Under the pieces are notes generated by a model that made no database searches, was not told where the DNA came from, and was given only the letters and a program-made list of their open reading frames with translations. A program made the translations under genes and the position numbers. This document shows positions 55,069 to 64,000 of a DNA stretch of 64,000 nt, piece by piece. The stretch is from Chrysomallon squamiferum (taxonomy: Eukaryota > Animalia > Mollusca), in contig CM022665.1 in assembly GCA_012295275.1 (NCBI GenBank), forward strand, positions 36,456,001 through 36,520,000. Direction: 5' to 3'. How positions within the stretch are numbered: position 1 is the stretch's first letter; every line of letters starts with the position of its first letter.

Positions 55069-55356
55069 CTGGGCTCTCAGACTGAAATGAAAAATTACTG
55101 TTTGGTGATCAGCGTAGGTAAGCTTTTGTATTAAACTGTTTATGCAGTTTTCAAAACATATTGTAAACTAATATTAACAATTAACATCTGTCTGTGTTTA
55201 CGCCTGAATTAAGTTAGTTCTTTACGTTAACATAAGATATTCGATGTTTCCCTGTCTTTTACTTGCAGTCAGTGATGGACACGGGTTTTAGGAACTAGGG
55301 ATACGCTAAAGACCGTGAGGCTGAAGGTGGAAAGGAGGGAATGGCGTTTCTACACA
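55069..55356 (+). ncRNA. Two candidate spliced exons of a non-coding or short-ORF transcript, divergent from FLVCR
   Basis: Pyrimidine tract+aag | 55069-55117 | gtaagc and tttccctgtcttttacttgcag | 55269-55356 | gtaaga. No long ORF (best is MKNYCLVISVVSDGHGF*). Confidence 0.3.
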
Positions 55357-58193
55357 GTAAGACTCTCAGAGATAATTTTGTGTGTGTGAGTGTGTGAGTG
55401 TATGATCTGAATATGCAGTTTATTACTGAGAGCAAATAATAGAATGAGTATTCACGTATCTGTTACCGATCCTAATTGGGGCCTATTGCATCAGTTTACA
55501 ATTCAAGAAGATCGCATAAAATTGTATTAATTTAATAGAGAAAGATCGTGTTTTTGATTATGATAAAATATTTTGATAAATATAAATGGGTTGTTTGTAA
55601 GTAAAAATATACTACAAGTATAATTATAGAAAATAAACAAGTTAATTTTGATTGACAGAAACCTGACAATGGCAAGATAATAAAGATCTCTCGCTCTACA
55701 CTTGTATGGAAATGGGATATAAACAAGAAACTAAAAAGTAAGGGATCGCCGACTCACTGCTACTCCCCCATTTCCAAAAGCCCGAGGTGTTTTTTATCTC
55801 TCTTTCTCTGAGTGTCTATGTGCGTGTGTATGTGCGTGTCAGAGCGCGCGCACGCGCTGTGATATCCCGTGGCTGCATTGGGTTCGTACCTTCGAAACTA
55901 ATCCAGCATCATAACATCATCGTACTAGTTTTGGTTCTAGATATTCTGTTAATTTCATTTACTATTTCGTTTTAGAGGAAATGTGTTTAGTTACCGTTTA
56001 AACGATTGAAATAGAAGATAACTGTACTATAGTTTCATTTTAATGGTAAAATATGGAGTTTGGAACCGAATGCGTCAGGTTGATGTGCTTTGTACACTTC
56101 CAAATTAATCTTCTGTGACGATGATAGAAATTTCGTCATTAATTTAACACAGAAACCAGGATATCTGTGAAACTGTGTTCCAATGGATACATTCTTACTA
56201 TTTTTCATATGTGTATCATCTTAAGATTATTTAGTTACTATCATAAAATAGTGAAAATTTGAACCAACGTGAAAAAAAGAAAAAAGAAAAAAGAAAAAAT
56301 AATAATAATAATTAAAAATTGTATTAATAATTATAATAATTAAATAAACTGCCCTTAAAAGCCGATATACGTAAATAATCAGAGTTCTGTTTAACCATAT
56401 GTAATACCCTTTCACGGCAAAATAGGCGATGACGAGCCATTAAAGATAATCTTTAAAGAAAGTTAATCAGAGGCCAAATTATGGCGTGTTTCTTGTGAAA
56501 TAGAAATACTTATTCGAACGTTGCCTATCACAGCTAGTTTGGCTGTTAGATTCCCTGGTATTCACTGACGCCCGCTGGAACAATAAATACGATAAACTCG
56601 GCTTCTGAACAAAACACGCTTTGATGAGACCAGCGGTTCCCTTTCATCTTCACGGAAGTCACGGGAGAGAATCTTGAAATTTTGGTCTTGCTGTGATAAG
56701 TTTGGAAGAAAGGTTTTGTTAGACACTTTTCTCACTTGTTGCGGTAATTATGCAGTGTAATCTGTGTCATTAACGGAGTATTTGTTTAATATATACAGCA
56801 AAACTTAAGATTTGTATTAACCTAATTATTTTGATTCTCCCGTGATTGATTCCGTCTTTAAATAGGTTTCCCAACTGACCAATTTCGTGTTTTAAATAGG
56901 TTTTCCCAAAACCGTAATTGTTTTTCTTTTTCGTAATTAAAAATGTATTTGTGAAATAATGAATCAATAAGTCTTGCTGTACTCTTAGTTGATGTGTTAT
57001 TTACCTAGTGGACGAGAAATAGCATTATACCATCACGATAATTAATTACTGTCTCATTTTGAATTTCCTAATCCCTGTCATAGTGCCTCTAAACACCTAC
57101 ATCCCCAAGACGGTAATAGTGGTGACACCGTCTATATTTCTTTCTAATAATGCCAATAGTTGGCAAGGATACTTGGACGCTTCTACACTGACGTCATTCT
57201 GTACTTAAATAAGTAAAAAAAAAAAAAAAAAAATATCGAAAGACGCTGAGTGGATTTTAAAGCAATGATACTCTGAAATGGAAAGTCAAATTGATCTAAG
57301 TTCACAAGATGTTTCAGCACGTTTTCATCCCTGTACAGAAAATAATGTGAATAATTTGGCATTATTATTTACATTAATCTGTTCAGTAACAAATGTAAGA
57401 ATAAACTGTTTTGTGACTAAATGTTAATGTTTTCACATATTCATAGAATTACAAGCCAATTTATAAGAATTCTTTTTTTTTTTTTTTTTTTTTTTTTTTC
57501 AACATAGGAACTATAAAACATTGCTATTTTCTTTGTGAGCAAATTAAGAACAAGTTAAATATTTTAATAGCAATAGATAGATGTTCAATGAATTATAATT
57601 TTAACCAGGAAGGATTTCATGTTCCAATTACTCTAATTTATTGTCCCAAGTTATCCAGTTTATGTATGTTCAACTTGCAAGAAACAAAAACATTACAAAC
57701 CAAAATGTCGTTTAAGTAAACACTGAATGATTGAAAGTAATATGCATTTACAATAACAACAAACTAAAATTGAAACCAAAATTTATTTTCAAGTATAACA
57801 AATTATTTGGAATTAAATACGATTATTTTAATATTTTAAATTCAAACAAATTTGATACAATTTAAAATTTATTCTTTTACTTATTTTTGCGTGTATTACT
57901 TAGAACAGTAGAACACAACAAAAGTTTTATTAGATAATTCCTACGTGAGTACAGAATCATATTTCATACGTGTATTATCTTTATACTGTCAAACATTTAT
58001 ACCGACTTCACAAACAACACGGTCAAGAAAGATCAAAAGATCAAGATAAATATATCAACAATAAAGCCATAAATTTGGGCAAATATTTACTTTAAACAAG
58101 AAGATTTAAGAGATATATACCTAGATCGTAACACGCAATTTAATAAACAACAAATTGATTCTGTTACGTAGAACACAACTAGGAAAGTTCAAA

Positions 58194-61100
58194 CTATTGA
58201 CCTAGTGATGTTTGCTTTCGCTTAATAGCTTCCAACATTTTTTCCTTCTCTCGCAAAATTTCTTTCAGTCTCTGAATTCTGTCGCTTTGACTTGATTTTA
58301 TCACTAAATCACTGCCGGTTTTCATTAACTTTGACTGAATGAAGGTATTGCCAGTTTCGTTTGAAATGTCAGTAGAGTCTGCAACTGTATCGGGTAAGGA
58401 CGAAGAAGTAGGTTTCTGAAAGGGTAACCTAATGGTCATTACAGTGTGGTCCATTTTATCGAGATCTTCAGATTTAGAAGAATCGTCTTCATCACCGTAC
58501 CCTTCGGTCACTGGTTCACTTTTGATTTCGTAGTTCCAAGGCAATTTCCATGGCTCAATTTTCTTTCCATCAGTTTTGTTGTCCTTTTTGGCATCAGGTT
58601 TGCCATCTGATGTTTTGTTTGTGGAAATGGGCTTATTCGTCTTCTCTACTTCCTTCTTGAAAGGCTGTTTTATATTTGGTGCTCGAATAATAATGGGAGT
58701 CATTTTTGGAATTTGTGTCCTAAAACCAGAACATGTTGGTAGACTAGACGACGAATTTCCTGTTACTGAAACTGGTGGAACATTCGTTACAAAACATGGA
58801 CGAAATGTTGGCAGAGGCGGACCAATGTTTCTCGGCAAATTCAAACTGGGGGCTCTCTGTATCACATTTAATGGTCGCAAACCCCCACCTTGTTGCAACC
58901 CTAACAGTTTCGTTCTCACATCAGCTGCTGTAGTTGGTACAGTATTTGCCCCTGTGGAAATGATCTGCGCAGGAACTAATGAAGATACGTTATTTTGTAC
59001 TGGAACAAGGTACAACTTGTTATTTACCATTAGAAGTTGCATTGGTAAACCTTTTGACTGCTGTACTGCCACGTTAGACTGGACACCTTTGACCACTTTA
59101 TTACAACTTTTTGTCCCGTTTGAGCTGGAATTTAGTATATTTGTAATTGACTTAAATTTGCCATTTTGTGAACTTTGTACCGAGTTTTGTTTATTATCAT
59201 TCTGTTTGGTGACTTTTACCACTTTTCTTTGATCCTTGGAACTAAGATGTTTACAGTCGAGCATTCCGAGACGACAGAGAAACCTCAGAGTACGTTGTCT
59301 ACAGTAAGATGAACACTTACGTTCAAGAAATGTTCCATAATCAGTTGGTCGGTTTCTATTTCTCAATCGTCGTCTGAATTTGTCACGCTTCTGTTCTGTA
59401 ATGGAGGTCATTATGTGAGCAATCTGTCTGTCACTGAGTTTTTCAAGAACTGGATAGCAAGGCGCAAGCGAATCAACAAGTTTACTGCTATCAGTTACTC
59501 CAGACTTGTGTTCCGGTGATATTTTTGTCTGTGCTGATTGAGCAGCCCCTTTCACTATGCTCTTGGGTTTTCTACCAGCAAGAGAATAAACATTATCTAT
59601 TTTTAATTCTTGTGGCTGGGTACTTGGAGTTATTACAAATTTAGTTTTGTCAGTGTTTTGTGAAACTAATGTTTTTGTATGAACTGCAGACGAGGATCCA
59701 GCAAGTATGGATTCAGTCGATTTTTGACTCACAGAGTTTGATGTTTTTCCTCGTGGAGATGTGCTTATCACTATGTGACCAATCGTCGTCTTTGTTTTCC
59801 CAGCATTTTCTATGGCTTCTGCAGAAATGGAAGCCATTTCGCCAGATTGTAATTTTACCATAATGGGTTGTTTGGGACTAACCTTCTTAATTACTAGGCG
59901 TTCAGCAGTAGACGTTGGAGAGTTGTTACCAACAAATATGGTACTTACTTGAGGTGATGCAACAGCAGACGTACATGTATTTTGGGTGGCCAAAAGTGAA
60001 TTCGGTGTAGAAATAATTATGGAACTTTCAGAACTTGCTTTTGTACCAGCTGATGTTATCTTTATGATGGGTGATGATGGAAGTTTGGTAATATTTGTTT
60101 TGGAAGCTGACTGAGAAATAACCTTTGAGATTAGAGATGGATTTGATGATGGAAGAAGTGAAGTAGAATGTGAAATGGAAGCTGCCGGTGGCAAAAAGAT
60201 AGTTCTGCTTAATGGCTTTGAATTTACTTTTTTAGGAGGCGGCACGGTAGATGCAGCAGCGGCAGAAAACGCGTTTGATGGTAACGTAACAATTACTGGG
60301 GCTTGAGGAGTCGAATTTGGGATGAATAACGTGTTGACCTTCATCGGGTTCGATGAATTAAATGTTGCAGGATATAATATCTGAATATTCTTGTCATCGA
60401 GAAAACTAGATGGATTCATACTATTGTGTTGCATAGGAGGTTGCTTCCTACCTGTTTGTGAAACCACTTTCGTCTGTGAAAAAGAGGATGCAGCTGTAAA
60501 TGATTGTTTTGAAAAGCTATTTGTGGATCCGCCGGACTGAATCACTGACGTAGGTAGAGAAACAGACGCCTGAGACTGGCCTGCATTACTGGGTGGTATT
60601 ACGATCAAAGGTGCAGATGCTGGGAAAATAATATTTTGCTCGTTATTGATAATGATTTTATTTGAGGGAATCTTGTTATACACGAATGAGCCACTGCTTC
60701 CAACGCAAGAAACACCAAATGTGCCAGTGGGTTGGTTAGAAACAAAACTGGCAGCTGGTGTTGACGAGGAAACCATATTAACGGTGGATGTAAAGCATGC
60801 TGACAACGGTGGTATAGTTACTGTTGGTACTCCATTTTTGTCATAAGTATCGCTGGATGTTTTACCGTCTTCTTTTTGTCCTGATTCATGAGGAGTTTCG
60901 ATGGTATCATTTAATTCGGTGCTTACTGACTCTTCAGGTTCAGGGGAACATCTAACACTAGTAAATACGGCTTTTTCTTCAGATAATGGATCAAGTAACA
61001 ACATGAAGTTTCCCTCATTACCAGTTCCTAGTTTTTCTGACACAGACCTAAGCAAAAAAAAGAAAAAAAAAAGGTAATATAGAATTTCTATTAACATGCA

Positions 61101-61805
61101 CCAAGTAAAATCTTACAACACCGTTTTACTGAACTACCCATGAAATCTGTTACCTCAAAAGTCATCAAAAGTAGAAAATCATTAGATCCGTAGAACATTT
61201 TGTATTGCCTAATCTCTGAAGAAATATAATTCTGAATATAAAGCTGACGTTTTGATGTTGCTTGTTTGTTATTTGGTTTTAACGGTTTCTTTTTCTTTCT
61301 TTCTTTCTTCTTCTTCTTCTTAATTATTTATTTATCAATTAATTAATTAATTTATTTTTAAATGGTTGCGCACAATCTGTTTCTTTTTTTGGAATCGTTC
61401 TTTTGTTGTTGTTTTACTCATTTTACTTTGCTTTTAGTAGATCAACTCCTCTGACACACATTGTTTTTTCTACGAAGTTCAGAAAAAAATATGTTTTTGG
61501 TGACAAGTACGTCGACAATTTGAAGAAGAAGACACTCACTTAGCTCTGATCCCAATGCAAAACTTGCTGCTTGAAGTAGAATGACCAAGATCATAGATAT
61601 TTTGCTACATATTGATGTTTTTCGTCTTTTTACAGGTTTTTCGAATGAATTCAATCGTATAAAGTAGTCTGCATGATACTGTGGATATTTCCCATTTATG
61701 TCAATGTTTCAATAACGTTATTCGACAATTTCAGGTGAAATAAAAACAAATTAAATTTAAAAATTAAATGCGGAGTAAAATGGAACCTTTCAAAAAGAAG
61801 CACGC

Positions 61806-61840
<35 letters not shown>

Positions 61841-63607
61841 AGTAGTAGTAGTGGTAGTAGTAGTAGTAGTAATACTAGTAGATAGTCAGGTCGATAATGT
61901 AACAATTTTTTTATGTATTTTTGTGAGGACCTTTAGAACTTTAATGTGCATAGTAGAAATCAAGACATTTTGAAAGTCACGAATACTTAATGCATTCACT
62001 AAACAGAAGTACATCTTACAAAACAAGTATCATCTAAACAAATCTGTACGGACCTAGAGAAAGAAAGAAAGAAAGAAAAAACAAACAAAAAACAACAGAA
62101 TCTCGACGAGCTCCATAACAGATGACATTTTTTCAAGACATTTTTGAAAGGAGAATGTAAATAAAAATATACATATACCATTTTGAACATTGTCAAGGTA
62201 TTTGATTATTCTGTGTTAAAAAATTAACAACAGACAGACATACTAGTTGACGAGGTCATTTTTCTAAGTTAACGTTGTACCAAAAATCTGCCGTTACATT
62301 TTTTGATGCCCAAAGGTCCTTTTAATAGTAATCTAAATAACTACAAACACGATGAACTCAGTAATAAAGTATCATTCTTTATTCTCGCAGTGCAAATACC
62401 AAGTTAATATATGATCCATGCCTATTTTAAAGATGGCCGTCATATAATCAGGAAAGCAGTCACTAACATATATCAAATGTTTGTCTCCTTGTCTTTCAAT
62501 TCATATTTGAAGGTAAAGTAAAACTTTTTGTGGCACCAAATGTTTCGTAAATTCTAGTGGGATTACACTACTGTTCAATAACTGTAAACTTTTCTTTACT
62601 TTTTTGTTTTCATTATTATCATTATTTTTGTTGTATAGAGCCAAAAAATATCACAAATTCAAAATAGCCAAACTGGTGTAAAAGCTTATTCTACTGTTGG
62701 CTTCCGTTTGTAATTTGACTAATAAGTAAATAAATATAAACTGAAGGCTGCAGAATTTGTTTTTAGTTTGTTTGTTTGTTTGTTTGTTTGTTTTTTTAAC
62801 TTTAAACTTTGTAAACAGTATTGATATATGACTAAGTGCTACTAGTATGAACATCTTTACAACAATTCCGATCTGTTCCAGGATACCCTTTTAGACTGGA
62901 AAAACATTTAAAAATAAATGAAAATAGATCATGTATTAAATTTGTTATATCGTTAACACATTCGTGTGTGTGAATTTCAAATTTATTAATGCGTTCCCAA
63001 ACCCAAACTTCAATCATCCGTGAATACAATTAAAATAAAAAATTTCAAATTAAACTTACTTGTCTTCAGAAGTCATATCCAATATATGATGTTGTTTACA
63101 AGTATCAGTGGTTCCTGAAAGAAGAACAAATGCTAATTAAATTGTTAATAATGGTAATAATTCGTACCTCAAAAATATGATTACTTTTTATAAATTCAAA
63201 GTAACTCACTCATGAAATCCAGCATACGTTTCAACATCTGGGTGTAATAATATTACGTCACTCTGACGTAATATTTTACGTCATTATGATGTAGAGGTGA
63301 CACAAATGACAAAAATGACGTCAAACATTACTAGATTGCACATAAAATAGAAACAAATTAAACCAGAGAATGTTAAAACAATTAATGAATATGTAAATAT
63401 GATACAATAAAAAAAAAATTAAAAAAAAAATATTTGTCGGTTTGCCGTTCGTTTTGCTTTTGTCCGTTTTATCTAGCGCCAAACAACTCCACGTAACAAT
63501 GATGTCTTAAACTTTATAAGCAGGCTAAATTCAAACTTCGCCCATGTTCACCTATGTTCCGGGATCACAATTCAGGAGGGCGATTATTTTGTTTGTTTGT
63601 TGTTATT

Positions 63608-63645
<38 letters not shown>

Positions 63646-64000
63646 CTTGCAGGATGCTGAATAAAGCTTGGAATATGAATGACATCATTAGTTATTTAGA
63701 TTACTATTTAATGTTATTTACTGGGTTACATATACAACAGAATAAGAAAAAAATAAAAATAAAGCACCATCCAAACAAGCCACCAATAAAAATTGATGGC
63801 AAGGGTCTCCCACTCCTTTGATATTCATCAAAGAAGTCATTAAATAATAATAATAATGTAAAGCATTCATAAAATGTTATACCACAGTATTGAAGTCACA
63901 AACAATCGGCAATCTGCTGCCTCTTCATCCAGTTCAGAACTAGAACATGTCATTAACTGTCTACAACATTTTAGTAAATACCATGACTGATCGAAATCCA
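58194..64000 (-). CDS. 3' part of a large Ser/Thr/Pro-rich nuclear protein with an LRIF1-like C-terminal coiled coil
   Basis: Terminal exon 61047-58194 (acceptor tttttttgcttag, phase 2, ~950 codons). The upstream exon (>=64000 to 63883) is open in one frame (DFDQSWYLLKCCRQLM...VTSIL) and joins in phase (TG|G = W). Motifs: IKSE SUMO consensus, basic NLS-like KRDKFRRRLRNR, C-terminal DRIQRLKEILREKEKMLEAIKRK. Confidence 0.8.
63060..63237 (-). CDS. Candidate alternative first exons of the LRIF1-like gene
   Basis: Exon 63237-63210 (ATG TTG AAA CGT ATG CTG GAT TTC ATG A|gtgagt) and exon 63114-63060 (ttcttctttcag| ... AA|gtaagt) splice in frame to 61047, giving MLKRMLDFMRTTDTCKQHHILDMTSEDKSVSEK..., 978 aa. 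Confidence 0.5.
63249..63323. promoter_or_regulatory. Cluster of four CRE/ATF-type sites
   Basis: TTACGTCA 63253-63260, TGACGTAA 63264-63271, TTACGTCA 63276-63283 and a perfect TGACGTCA 63316-63323. Confidence 0.55.

Noticed and set aside
58576-59232. 218-aa plus-strand ORF (and the minus-strand ORFs within 41222-42208)
   Set aside because: Antisense shadows of long real exons, with no recognisable motifs or splice support.
62832-62896. Alternative short terminal exon (LKGYPGTDRNCCKDVHTSST*) for the LRIF1-like gene
   Set aside because: Phase-compatible, but supported only by one acceptor-like site; too weak without transcript data.

Overview
This is not prokaryotic DNA. It is an AT-rich, microsatellite-dense, intron-rich animal genome segment (mollusc/gastropod-like by inference only). 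Splicing exons by hand with GT-AG sites and phase checks gives seven protein-coding loci: (1) the last exon(s) of a TMEM196-like membrane protein (+); (2) a strongly diverged 7-exon Rab1 paralog (-), head-to-head with (3) canonical 7-exon Rab1 (+, 205 aa); (4) a 20-exon, ~1089-aa protein with two cadherin-like beta-sandwich repeats, a U-box, TPRs and an RGG tract (-); (5) an intronless 571-aa protein with two Neuralized (NHR) domains (+), bracketed by TTAA-ended 26-bp inverted repeats; (6) a 10-exon FLVCR/SLC49 MFS transporter (-, 471 aa); (7) the 3' part of a large low-complexity nuclear protein with an LRIF1-like C-terminal coiled coil (-), which appears to have a CRE-rich internal promoter. 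Several Tc1/mariner, Tigger/pogo and piggyBac-type non-autonomous elements sit in introns and UTRs. Most short ORFs in the supplied track are microsatellite or antisense artefacts. No tRNA, rRNA or CRISPR array was seen. Strongest leads: the Rab1 duplicate with a rewired effector surface, the possible transposon-borne NHR gene cassette, and the cadherin-like/U-box/TPR/RGG protein. All homology calls come from recalled family motifs, not database searches.
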